From Sulfitobacter sp. (GTDB taxonomy: Bacteria; Pseudomonadota; Alphaproteobacteria; Rhodobacterales; Rhodobacteraceae), in the NCBI GenBank assembly GCA_051252055.1, contig JBPOFD010000006.1, forward strand, positions 62,657 through 126,656: DNA of 64,000 bases, in the 5' to 3' direction. Made by a program: the position numbers and the translations under genes. This document shows positions 30,072-39,529 of the stretch, piece after piece. Under the pieces are notes generated by a model. That model did no database searches. It saw only the letters and a list, made by a program, of their open reading frames with translations, and was not told the origin of the DNA. How positions within the stretch are numbered: the first letter of the stretch is position 1; each line of letters starts with the position of its first letter.

Positions 30072-30680
30072 ATGCCGTGGATCAAGACCATTCCCTTCAA
30101 CGAAGCGACCGGAAAGCTCAAAGAGCTTTACGCCCGCGTGACGGGGCCGAACAATAATGTCGATAACATCATGATGATGCATTCGCTGCGCCCGCACACG
30201 ATGGAAGGGCATATGGCGATCTATAAATATGTGCTGCACCACCGCGACAACCAGATCCCCAAGTGGTTTCTGGAAGTGCTGGGGGTTTGGGTCTCCTCGC
30301 TCAACGACTGCACCTATTGTGTCGAGCATCATTTTGCCGGGATGAAACGCTTGCTGCGCGATGATGCGCGCAGCGATGCGATCCGCGCCGCGATTGAGAC
30401 GCGCGACTTGGCGGCCCTGCCGCTGGACGGCGCGCAACTGGCCGCGATGCGCTATGCGCAGGCGCTGACCTTGGCCCCTGCCGATCTGCGCGCCCTTGAT
30501 GTCGAGGCGCTGCGCATGGCGGGCTGGAGCGATGGCGAGATATTGGAGATCAATCAGGTTTGTGCCTATTTTGCCTATGCCAACCGCACGGTGCTGGGGC
30601 TGGGCTGCTCGACCGAGGGCGACATCATCGGGCTGAGCCCCGGCAATAATGATGACCCGGACGATTGGGGCCACGCCTGA
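30072..30680 (+). CDS. carboxymuconolactone decarboxylase-family peroxidase-related enzyme
   Basis: Trimmed to MPWIKTIPFNEATGKLKELY (AAGGAG RBS upstream); CxxC-like NDCTYCVEHH motif. Confidence 0.85.
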   Translation: MPWIKTIPFNEATGKLKELYARVTGPNNNVDNIMMMHSLRPHTMEGHMAIYKYVLHHRDNQIPKWFLEVLGVWVSSLNDCTYCVEHHFAGMKRLLRDDARSDAIRAAIETRDLAALPLDGAQLAAMRYAQALTLAPADLRALDVEALRMAGWSDGEILEINQVCAYFAYANRTVLGLGCSTEGDIIGLSPGNNDDPDDWGHA

Positions 30681-30700
30681 GGCCGCGCGCCGCGCTTTGG

Positions 30701-30726
30701 CTTCACCCTTCTAAAAATACTCAAAT
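30701..30726 (-). repeat. dispersed intergenic motif, copy B
   Basis: The reverse complement ATTTGAGTATTTTTAGAAGGGTGAAG is identical over 26 nt to 57030..57055. Confidence 0.85.
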
Positions 30727-30870
30727 CCCGCGCTCTGACCTTGCGTGGCGGGCCGGAGGTATGACCGGGGGCCGGGGGTGGTTGCCAAAATCCCACCACC
30801 CCGCGCGCAATGCGAATTTGCCAGTTCAGCGCGCCTTTCCAAGCGCAGCGCCCCTGCGTAAGGAATAGGC

Positions 30871-32253
30871 ATGATACAAACAATGACATATCCCGGCCAT
30901 GTACGGGCGATTTTGAAACTGGGCCTGCCGCTGATTGGCGGGCATTTGGCGCAGATGGCGATTGGCGTGACCGACACGGTGATGCTGGGCTGGTACGGGG
31001 TGGAGGCGCTGGCGGCGGTGACGCTGGCCTCGACCTATTTCTTTGTGCTTTTCATTTTCGGCTCGGGTTTTGCATGGGCGGTGATGCCTATGGTGGCCTC
31101 TTATGCCGCTGAGAAAAACGAGACCGGCATTCGCCGCGCCACGCGCATGGGGCTTTGGTTGTCGCTGGCCTTTGGCTTGCTGGCCTTGCCTTTGATGATC
31201 TGGTCCAAGCCGCTGTTGTTGATGCTGGGGCAGGGCGATGCGCTGGCGGAGCTGGCTTCGCAATATCTGGCGGTGGCGGGCTGGGGCATTGTGCCGGCGC
31301 TGCTTGTCATGGTGCTCAAGAGCTATCTGGCGGCGCTGGAGCGCACGCAGATTGTGCTGTGGATCACTGTTTTGGCCGCGATTGTGAATGTTTTCGCCAA
31401 TTACGCGTTTATTTTCGGCAATTGGGGCGCGCCTGAATTGGGCGTGGTGGGGGCGGCGCTTGCGTCGCTCTCGACGCAGTTTGTCTCGCTGCTGGGCGTG
31501 GTGGGTTATGTGCTGTGGATCATGCCGCATCATGCGCTGTTCCGGCGCATGTGGAAGGGCGATGTGCAGATGTTGGCCCAAGTGTTCCGTTTGGGCTGGC
31601 CGATTGGTTTGACCGCGCTGAGCGAGGTGGGTTTGTTTGCCGCCTCTGCGGTGATGATGGGCTGGCTGGGCACGGTGCCTTTGGCTGCACATGGGATTGC
31701 GGTGCAATTGGCCTCGATCACCTTCATGATGCATTTGGGGCTGAGCAATGTGGCCACGATCCGCGCGGGCAATGCCTATGGGCGCAGCGATGCCGATCAC
31801 ATGGCGCGCGGCGCGAAAGTGGTGATCATCATGTCGCTGGTGTTTTCCGCCCTGACCATTGCCATGTTCCTTGCCCTGCCGGAGACCCTGATTTCCGTTT
31901 TCATGCGCGAGGGGGAGACCGCCCGCGCCGAGATTTTGGCAATTGGTGTGGGGCTGCTGGCGATGGCGGCGCTGTTTCAACTTGTCGACGGGGCGCAGGC
32001 TGTGGCGCTGGGGCTGCTGCGCGGGGTGCAGGACACGCGGATTCCGATGATCTTTGCCGGGCTGAGCTATTGGGTGATTGGCATCCCCTGTTCCTATCTG
32101 CTGGGCTTTGTCTGGGGGATGGAAGGCATTGGCGTTTGGGCCGGGTTGGTTGTGGGGCTTGGCGTGGCGGCGGTGCTGCTCAATTGGCGGTTCTGGGCTG
32201 TGACCCTGCCCAATGTGCGGCGCACAGCGGGCAAGGCGCGTAGCGCAGCTTAA
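30871..32253 (+). CDS. MATE family efflux transporter
   Basis: 460 aa, 12 TM; LGLPLIGGHLAQMAIGVTDTVMLG N-terminal motif. Confidence 0.92.
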   Translation: MIQTMTYPGHVRAILKLGLPLIGGHLAQMAIGVTDTVMLGWYGVEALAAVTLASTYFFVLFIFGSGFAWAVMPMVASYAAEKNETGIRRATRMGLWLSLAFGLLALPLMIWSKPLLLMLGQGDALAELASQYLAVAGWGIVPALLVMVLKSYLAALERTQIVLWITVLAAIVNVFANYAFIFGNWGAPELGVVGAALASLSTQFVSLLGVVGYVLWIMPHHALFRRMWKGDVQMLAQVFRLGWPIGLTALSEVGLFAASAVMMGWLGTVPLAAHGIAVQLASITFMMHLGLSNVATIRAGNAYGRSDADHMARGAKVVIIMSLVFSALTIAMFLALPETLISVFMREGETARAEILAIGVGLLAMAALFQLVDGAQAVALGLLRGVQDTRIPMIFAGLSYWVIGIPCSYLLGFVWGMEGIGVWAGLVVGLGVAAVLLNWRFWAVTLPNVRRTAGKARSAA

Positions 32254-33128
32254 CCCCGGCTGCCCAGCCACACACAGGTGAGAACCACCCCCGCGCCCAG
32301 AAATTGCGCGGGGCTGAGCGTTTGGCCCAGAAAACCCCAGCCAAGCAGCACAGCGGTGAGCGGGCTGAGGAAGCCAAAATTGGTCACAGCGGCAGGGCCA
32401 AGCCGTTCAATGCCGCGAAACCAGAAAAAATAGCTCAGCGCCGCGCCGATCAGGCCGAGCCATGCAAGCCCTGCCAGATTGGCCGCGCTGAGCGAGGGCA
32501 GGGGCGGCTCGAGCCACAAAGCCACCGGCAAGAGCAGCAGCCCGCCAGCGGTGAGTTGCCAAGCGGTAAAGGTCAGCGCGCCCACGGGCGGTTGCCATTT
32601 GCGCGTCAGCACCACGCCCGCGCCCATGGAGACCGCGCCAATCAGCGCCGCCGCCACGCCCCAGGCATCCAGCGCCGCCCCCGGCGACATCACCAGCAGC
32701 GCCACGCCAAAGATACCCGCCGCCGCCGCGCCGAGCCTGCGCGCCCCCAGCGGCGCGCCAAGCGCCAGATGCGCCAGCAGCAGCACGATCAGCGGCTGCA
32801 CCGCGCCCAAGGTGGCCGCCACCCCGCCGGGCAGGTGATAGGCCGCAAAGAACAGCGCCGCCCAGAAGATCGCGAAATTCAGCGCCCCCAAGACCAGCAG
32901 CCGCCCCAGCCAGCGGCGCGGCGGCATTTGCCGGGTGAGCGCCATCAGCAGCAGCCCCGCAGGCAGCGCCCGCAGCGCCGCCACGCTGAGCGGCATATCT
33001 GCGGTTTCGGGCAGCAATTGGGTGGCGACGATATAGCTGCTGCCCCAGATCACTGGGGCCGAGGCCGCCAGCGCCAGATCAAGGCGGCGCGTGTTGGGCG
33101 CAGAGGGCGCGAGTGGGGCTGAGGTCAT
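32250..33128 (-). CDS. EamA/DMT family transporter
   Basis: 292 aa, 10 TM, two EamA repeats. Divergent from the MarR gene. Confidence 0.9.
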   Translation of the reverse strand: MTSAPLAPSAPNTRRLDLALAASAPVIWGSSYIVATQLLPETADMPLSVAALRALPAGLLLMALTRQMPPRRWLGRLLVLGALNFAIFWAALFFAAYHLPGGVAATLGAVQPLIVLLLAHLALGAPLGARRLGAAAAGIFGVALLVMSPGAALDAWGVAAALIGAVSMGAGVVLTRKWQPPVGALTFTAWQLTAGGLLLLPVALWLEPPLPSLSAANLAGLAWLGLIGAALSYFFWFRGIERLGPAAVTNFGFLSPLTAVLLGWGFLGQTLSPAQFLGAGVVLTCVWLGSRG

Positions 33129-33143
33129 GGGGGCATCCTTTGT

Positions 33144-33202
33144 CTTGACGTCAAGCTAGTTATCTTGAGGTCGAGATAGGTGTGCGGTCTCTTGATGTCA
33201 AG
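33144..33202. promoter_or_regulatory. three copies of a 12-nt palindromic operator CTTGAnGTCAAG in the EamA/MarR divergent region
   Basis: CTTGACGTCAAG (33144..33155, perfect palindrome), CTTGAGGTCGAG (33164..33175), CTTGATGTCAAG (33191..33202). Confidence 0.55.
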
Positions 33203-33226
33203 ATACCTGCCATGTTAGGCAGGGGC

Positions 33227-33718
33227 ATGGATCAAGTTGATAAAATTCTGGCGCAGTGGCGCGCCGAGCGGCCCGATTTGGATGTGAGCGCGATGGGGGT
33301 GTTTGGCCGGATCAAGCGCCTGTCGGATCATCTGGGGCGGGCGCTGAATGAGGTGTTCCTGCGCCACGGGCTGAACGCTGCCAATTTCGATGTGCTGGCG
33401 ACGCTGCGCCGGGCGGGCGCGCCCTATGCGCTTAGCCCGTCGGAATTGATGGAATGGACCATGGTGACATCGGGCACCATGACCAACCGTCTGGACCGTT
33501 TGGAGGCCGCAGGGTTGATCGAGCGGCGCAGCAATCCGCGCGACGGGCGCGGCTCGCTGGTGGCGCTGAGCCCGGCGGGTTTGGCATTGGTGGATGTGGT
33601 GGTGAGCGATCACGTGGCCAATCAGCAGCGCCTTTTGGAGGCGCTGCCGGAGGCGATGCGCGCCCCGCTTGATGCGGCGCTGGCCGCGTGGCTGGCGGCG
33701 TTTGAGGGGGCGGAGTAG
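33227..33718 (+). CDS. MarR family transcriptional regulator
   Basis: Winged-helix body (FDVLATLRRAG...SELMEWTMVTSGTMTNRLDRLEAAGLIER). The start is ATG 33227 or 33212. The GTG at 33182 lies inside the operator region. Confidence 0.85.
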   Translation: MDQVDKILAQWRAERPDLDVSAMGVFGRIKRLSDHLGRALNEVFLRHGLNAANFDVLATLRRAGAPYALSPSELMEWTMVTSGTMTNRLDRLEAAGLIERRSNPRDGRGSLVALSPAGLALVDVVVSDHVANQQRLLEALPEAMRAPLDAALAAWLAAFEGAE

Positions 33719-33742
33719 CGCCCCCGTTTGGCCGTTCCCGCG

Positions 33743-34147
33743 TTAATCGTCGCGGGTCAGGCGGTCGGCTTTTTTGCGCACGAGGGTGCTGCGCAGGTCA
33801 TGCATGGCCAGCAGCAGCGCGTCGGTGACAGCGTCGAGTTGCTCGTCCGTGGCGCGGCTTTGCACCCATTGGGTGGTCAGGTTCATATAATCCACAGCGC
33901 GGTGGATGTCGTCGATGTCGCGGTGCGCCAGCACAGCGGCGCGGTTGGCCATCCATGATTTGATCTCGTCGAGATCTTCAGGGGTGAGCGTGCGGTCGCC
34001 TTGGGGTTTGATCTCGCCGTTGCGCATGTTCACAACGGCGATTTGATCCATTTCGATGCGGCGTTGGCGGTTTTCCGTATCGACACGGAAAACCGCTGCG
34101 CCATTTTCACGCACGCGAAAGTAGTAGTTGGGGAGTTCGCCAGCCAT
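33743..34147 (-). CDS. conserved hypothetical protein
   Basis: Trimmed to MAGELPNYYFRVRENG (ATG 34147), 134 aa. Lies 12 nt downstream of the aminotransferase gene and is probably co-transcribed with it. Confidence 0.65.
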   Translation of the reverse strand: MAGELPNYYFRVRENGAAVFRVDTENRQRRIEMDQIAVVNMRNGEIKPQGDRTLTPEDLDEIKSWMANRAAVLAHRDIDDIHRAVDYMNLTTQWVQSRATDEQLDAVTDALLLAMHDLRSTLVRKKADRLTRDD

Positions 34148-34158
34148 GATCTGCCTTT

Positions 34159-35418
<1,260 letters not shown>

Positions 35419-35454
35419 TCAAGCGCAAAGGGCCGTGCAGCACAGGAGAGAGCG

Positions 35455-35856
35455 ATGACAGATGGTGATGACGACTGGTATGGCCCCGATACAGCCACGT
35501 TTGGCGACCGGGTGGCCGCCGCGCGCGAACAGACGGGGATGAGCCAAGGGCAATTGGCCCGCAGGCTTGGCGTGCGTCAATCGACGCTGCGCAAATGGGA
35601 AGATGACATCAGCGAGCCGCGTGCGAACCGCTTGTCGATGCTGGCGGGGCTGCTCAATGTCTCCATGCGCTGGCTGATCAACGGCGAAGGGCCGGGGATT
35701 GCTGCGCCTGACGCCGCCGAGCCTGTGCCGGAAGACACATCCGCCATTCTGGCCGAGCTGCGCGCCCTGCGCCATGATCTGATGAGCAAGGTTGAACAGC
35801 TGGGCCGTTTGGAAAAACGCCTGCGCGGCACACAGGTGGCTCGGCGCAATGACTGA
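35455..35856 (+). CDS. XRE-family helix-turn-helix transcriptional regulator
   Basis: The HTH is GMSQGQLARRLGVRQSTLRKWE. C-terminal coiled-coil-like tail. Confidence 0.8.
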   Translation: MTDGDDDWYGPDTATFGDRVAAAREQTGMSQGQLARRLGVRQSTLRKWEDDISEPRANRLSMLAGLLNVSMRWLINGEGPGIAAPDAAEPVPEDTSAILAELRALRHDLMSKVEQLGRLEKRLRGTQVARRND

Positions 35857-36115
35857 GCTTCGTGAACACCGGGTAAAACGGCTCGCCATGCGTTCGATGC
35901 GGCGCGGGATCAAGGAAATGGACCTGATTCTCTCCAGCTTTGCCGATGGCAATTTGGCGGCGATGGATGAGGCTGCTTTGGATCATTACGAGGTGCTTTT
36001 GGAAGAAAGTGACCATGATCTTTATGCTTGGGTCTCTGGAAAACAGCCGACCCCGCCGCAATATGCAGCTTTGATTGGTGAAATTTCCGAGCAATTTCAA
36101 CCGCTCAAACGGTGA
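35849..36115 (+). CDS. sdhE: succinate dehydrogenase flavinylation/assembly factor SdhE (DUF339)
   Basis: Trimmed to MTELREHRVKRLAMRSMRRGIKEMDLIL...DLYAWVSG; 88 aa. Overlaps the upstream gene by 8 nt. Confidence 0.85.
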   Translation: MTELREHRVKRLAMRSMRRGIKEMDLILSSFADGNLAAMDEAALDHYEVLLEESDHDLYAWVSGKQPTPPQYAALIGEISEQFQPLKR

Positions 36116-36188
36116 TCTTCGCGTTTAACGAAATATTCTGATTTTTTCTTCATTTTCCTTCCGAGCAGATAGAGTCGGAGAAGAAAAA

Positions 36189-36689
36189 ATGAGCATTCAA
36201 GACCCGGTAGGGCAGGCCCGCACAGATCAGGGCTTTATGGTGGGCTATCTCGAAGCCCTGTCTTTGGTTGAACGGTTGCACCGGCTCTTGCTGGATGTGA
36301 TCAAGGATGAGTTTGAGCGCGTGGGCGTGTTGGAGATCAACGCGGTTCAGGCGCTCTTGCTGTTCAACATCGGTGATCACGAGGTCACGGCTGGCGAGTT
36401 GAAATCGCGCGGTTATTATCAAGGCAGCAACGTCAGTTATAATCTCAAGAAGCTGGTGGAGATGGGTTATATGCACCATCAACGCTGTGAGATTGACCGC
36501 CGTTCGGTGCGGGTGCGGTTGACGGAAAAGGGCCGCACGGTGCGCGATGTGGTGGCCGGGTTGTTTGCCCGCCACGCAGATGGGCTGGAAAGCCGCGGCG
36601 TGCTGGGGCCCGATGGCATCACCGAGATTACCGGATCGCTGAAACGGATGGAGCGGTATTGGAGCGATCAGATCCGCTATATTTACTAG
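36189..36689 (+). CDS. MarR-like winged-helix transcriptional regulator
   Basis: 166 aa; INAVQALLLFNIGDHEVTAGELK...NVSYNLKKLVEMGYM recognition-helix region. Confidence 0.75.
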   Translation: MSIQDPVGQARTDQGFMVGYLEALSLVERLHRLLLDVIKDEFERVGVLEINAVQALLLFNIGDHEVTAGELKSRGYYQGSNVSYNLKKLVEMGYMHHQRCEIDRRSVRVRLTEKGRTVRDVVAGLFARHADGLESRGVLGPDGITEITGSLKRMERYWSDQIRYIY

Positions 36690-37407
36690 CGGGCAGCTGT
36701 GAGACTTGCAGGCCGTCGGTTTCGCGCAGCAGCTTTGTGGCCATGGCATTGGCGTAATCATCAAACCCCTGCGCGGTGATCACAAATGCGCCGGGGCCAA
36801 AGATGACCTCCTGCGTGAAATAGTCGGACAGATCGCCAATCGCATCAAGGCCGATTGCCCCGGCGGGCGGGCGCAGCGCCCCGATCACCAGCGCATTGAG
36901 CGTCAGGGCGGGGGGGGCGCGGGCCTCAAGCACCTCGCGCACCTCGCGGGGGCGGGGGCCAAGGTTGGATTTGCCATCGCCGGAAATATCAAGCGTGTGC
37001 TGCCAGCAACCGGGCTGCTGGGCCAGATAGGCAGCACCCAGCGCCATGGCCCCGCCAAGCGCGGTGCCCGGCGTGCTGGGGACGCGGCGGGTTTGTCGCA
37101 GGGTTTCAGCCAGCGCTTCGAGCGCGGCAGGTCCGGTGATCTCGGTCCAGGGCAGCAAGAGCCGCTCGTCGCCCGGGCCGGACCATTCATAAACCAAGAT
37201 GCGCAGGGGGGCATCGGGCAGATCCAAAAGCGCGGCGCGGACATCGGGGCGCAGCAGGGCCAGCGCCAGCCCGTCGAGCTGCAAGCGATATTCACGCGCA
37301 TCAACCGAGCCGGAAACATCGAGCCCCAAGGCCAAGGCTTGGCGACATTGCGCGGCGAGCGGCGCAGCGGCCAAGAGGCCAAAGGCGAGGGCGGCGGCGC
37401 GGATCAT
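36628..37407 (-). CDS. DUF1194 (vWA-like) secreted protein
   Basis: Trimmed to MIRAAALAFGLLAAAPLAAQ (signal peptide); LDVSGSVD MIDAS-like motif. The 3' end overlaps the convergent gene by 62 nt. Confidence 0.8.
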   Translation of the reverse strand: MIRAAALAFGLLAAAPLAAQCRQALALGLDVSGSVDAREYRLQLDGLALALLRPDVRAALLDLPDAPLRILVYEWSGPGDERLLLPWTEITGPAALEALAETLRQTRRVPSTPGTALGGAMALGAAYLAQQPGCWQHTLDISGDGKSNLGPRPREVREVLEARAPPALTLNALVIGALRPPAGAIGLDAIGDLSDYFTQEVIFGPGAFVITAQGFDDYANAMATKLLRETDGLQVSQLPASKYSGSDRSNTAPSVSAIR

Positions 37408-37527
37408 GACGCGGGGCGTGCAGGCGCGCGCGCTGGCGCGGCGGGCAGGCGGGGTGCCGCAGGGCCAAAAGGCCCCGCGATCAGACAAAGCAGGGCGATG
37501 GGCCATGCGGATCTGCCTGAGGTGATT

Positions 37528-37962
37528 TTACCAATGGCCCGTGTTTTCCATGCTGGCCCAAGGTTCTTGCGGCGCAAGCGCCTCGCCTTCTTGCAGCAGT
37601 TCAACGGAGATATTGTCGGGGCTGCGCACAAAGGCCATGTAGCCATCGCGCGGCGGGCGGTTGATGGTCACGCCATTGTCCTGCAGGAATTGGCAGGTTT
37701 CGTAGATGTTTTCGACGGAAAACGCCAAATGGCCAAAATGGCGGCTGTCGCTGGGCAGGGCATCATCGCCATCCCAATTATAGGTCAGTTCCACATCAGC
37801 ATGGCCGTCGGTCATGCCGGGGGGGCAAAGATAGACCAGCGTGAAACGGCCTTGCTCGCTCTCGTAACGGCGGCGCTCCACCAACCCGAGCAGGGTGTAA
37901 AAGGCAATCGAGGCGTCCAGATCTTTGACGCGCACCATTGTGTGCAGGAATTTAATGGGCAT
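37528..37962 (-). CDS. gloA: lactoylglutathione lyase (glyoxalase I, VOC family)
   Basis: Trimmed to MPIKFLHTMVRVKDLDASIAFYT...; FGHLAF and RSPDNISVELLQ motifs. Confidence 0.88.
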   Translation of the reverse strand: MPIKFLHTMVRVKDLDASIAFYTLLGLVERRRYESEQGRFTLVYLCPPGMTDGHADVELTYNWDGDDALPSDSRHFGHLAFSVENIYETCQFLQDNGVTINRPPRDGYMAFVRSPDNISVELLQEGEALAPQEPWASMENTGHW

Positions 37963-38103
37963 GAAGGCTCCTTGGGAAGTGATGCCCCCGGCGGCGCGGG
38001 GCCTTTGGGGGGTGATTTGCAATCTCATGCAAACCTAACACGCAGGGGCGGCGTGTCGAGATGGGCCAAGCAGGCCCAGCCCGGAAATTGCCTGCGCGCG
38101 CAT

Positions 38104-39519
38104 TTAAAAGGCGGAGCGCACCCCGAGGCTGATGCCAAAGCGGTTCACATCAAACAGCCCGATATTGCTGTCGGTGGAGGAGGCCGAAACCGTCACGGCG
38201 GGGTTAAACCCATAGTAATCAATCTGGTGGAAAGTGGCGGTGACATCGGCAAAAATCCGGGTGTCTTCGCGCCCATCCGGGTCATGCACCGAATATTCAT
38301 AATCGCGCAGCGCCGCGCCCAGACCAAATTGCAGCCCCGCGCCAAACACCGGTTTGGCCTTGGCATAGATCGCCCGCAGCTCTAGCTGGTTATATTCAGC
38401 GTCGCGGTTGTTATCCGAGATCTGCCGCGTCACGGCGGCCTCGAAAAACAGATTATCGCCGGTTTTCAACTGGCGAGTCAGGCTGGTGGCAAATTCGAGC
38501 CGCTCTGTATCGGAAGTGCGTTGGCCGTTTTGCACTTCGCCCAGCAAGGAGAATTGCAGCCGATCACGCGGGTTGATCCGGTAGGATTGCGAGACCCGCC
38601 CGCGCAGAAAAGACGCATAGCGCGCCCCGCCATAGAAGCTTTGGCCCAGATCGGCGTTGAGGGAAAATTCGCCGCGCCCGTCATGGGTGATTTGTTTGTA
38701 GCCATAGCCGAGGCTGAGGCTGCCATAGGCAAAATCATCGCCGGAGACATCGGGGGCATCATCTTCGGCGCTGCTGGAGAGCACGAAGCTGCGGTAGCTG
38801 CCCAAGATGTGCAGGTCATGGGCGGTGGTTTCGGTCTGGTTGAAGCGGTAACGGCTGTGCAGGGCTGCGCCATATTCCAGCCCCGAGAGGGCGCGGGCCG
38901 CGCCGCCGAGCACATATTCTACAGGCTCGCCAAAGAGCAGTTCGGAATAGACGTAATTGAGTTGGGAGGTCTCGCGCGCCGAGCCATTGTTGATGTTGGA
39001 ATTGGGCGCGAGGGTGAAAGAAACTTGGGTGTTCCAAGGGTTTTGCTGGCGCACATAGTTAAAATCGCGGGCCGCTTTGCCCTTGAGTGCCGGGGTGGGG
39101 GCGTGTTGGACCGCGCGGCGCAGCCAGAGCTGGGCGCGGGTGCGTTTGCCATCCGAGGAGAGCGCTTGGGCCATCACAAGGGCTGCGGCATATTTGTCGG
39201 GATCGCTTTGCGACAGGGTCCAGCCGCGCCGAGCGGTTTTGAGGGCGGCGTCATATTGCCCAAGGTCGCGCAGGGCGCGGGCGCGCAGCAGCAGCGCTGT
39301 CATGTCGCCAGCGTCGCGGGCCAAAAGCGCATCGGCAATCGCCAGCGCCTGCGCGGGGTTGCGCCCTTGCAGGCTTTGCATGCCAAGCGTGCCAAGCTGG
39401 GCTGCGGTGAGATTGGTTTGGGCAAAACCGGGGGCTGCAAAAGTGATGGCCAATGGCGCGCACAGCAGAGCTGCGGCGCTAAAGGCGATCAGTTTTTTGT
39501 GCAATTTCAGCAGGTTCAT
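38104..39519 (-). CDS. Slam-like outer membrane protein (N-terminal TPR + DUF560-type beta-barrel)
   Basis: Trimmed to MNLLKLHKKLIAFSAALLCAPLAITFAAPGFAQ (signal peptide). A helical TPR-like region of about 150 aa is followed by an alternating beta-strand region that ends ...GISLGVRSAF (aromatic C-terminus). Lies 10 nt downstream of a lipoprotein gene. Confidence 0.7.
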   Translation of the reverse strand: MNLLKLHKKLIAFSAAALLCAPLAITFAAPGFAQTNLTAAQLGTLGMQSLQGRNPAQALAIADALLARDAGDMTALLLRARALRDLGQYDAALKTARRGWTLSQSDPDKYAAALVMAQALSSDGKRTRAQLWLRRAVQHAPTPALKGKAARDFNYVRQQNPWNTQVSFTLAPNSNINNGSARETSQLNYVYSELLFGEPVEYVLGGAARALSGLEYGAALHSRYRFNQTETTAHDLHILGSYRSFVLSSSAEDDAPDVSGDDFAYGSLSLGYGYKQITHDGRGEFSLNADLGQSFYGGARYASFLRGRVSQSYRINPRDRLQFSLLGEVQNGQRTSDTERLEFATSLTRQLKTGDNLFFEAAVTRQISDNNRDAEYNQLELRAIYAKAKPVFGAGLQFGLGAALRDYEYSVHDPDGREDTRIFADVTATFHQIDYYGFNPAVTVSASSTDSNIGLFDVNRFGISLGVRSAF

Positions 39520-39529
39520 CGCCTGTCCC

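Noticed and set aside
30826-32271. 481-aa minus-strand ORF opposite the MATE transporter gene.
   Set aside because: The translation is His/Arg/Gln/Pro-rich, whereas the plus strand encodes a canonical 12-TM MATE protein. Other long antisense ORFs (for example 3413..4591, 20320..21477, 24631..25968, 28894..30033, 55552..56937) were rejected for the same reason.
35455-36115. XRE-HTH gene overlapping sdhE (YgfY/CptB family) as a possible toxin-antitoxin pair.
   Set aside because: The DUF339 protein here matches the SdhE flavinylation factor that is conserved in alphaproteobacteria. No CptA-like membrane toxin is adjacent, and the XRE protein is much larger than typical antitoxins.
36706-38385. 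559-aa plus-strand ORF across the DUF1194, gloA and Slam 3' regions.
   Set aside because: It spans three independently supported minus-strand genes and their intergenic gaps, and its composition is low complexity. Artefact.
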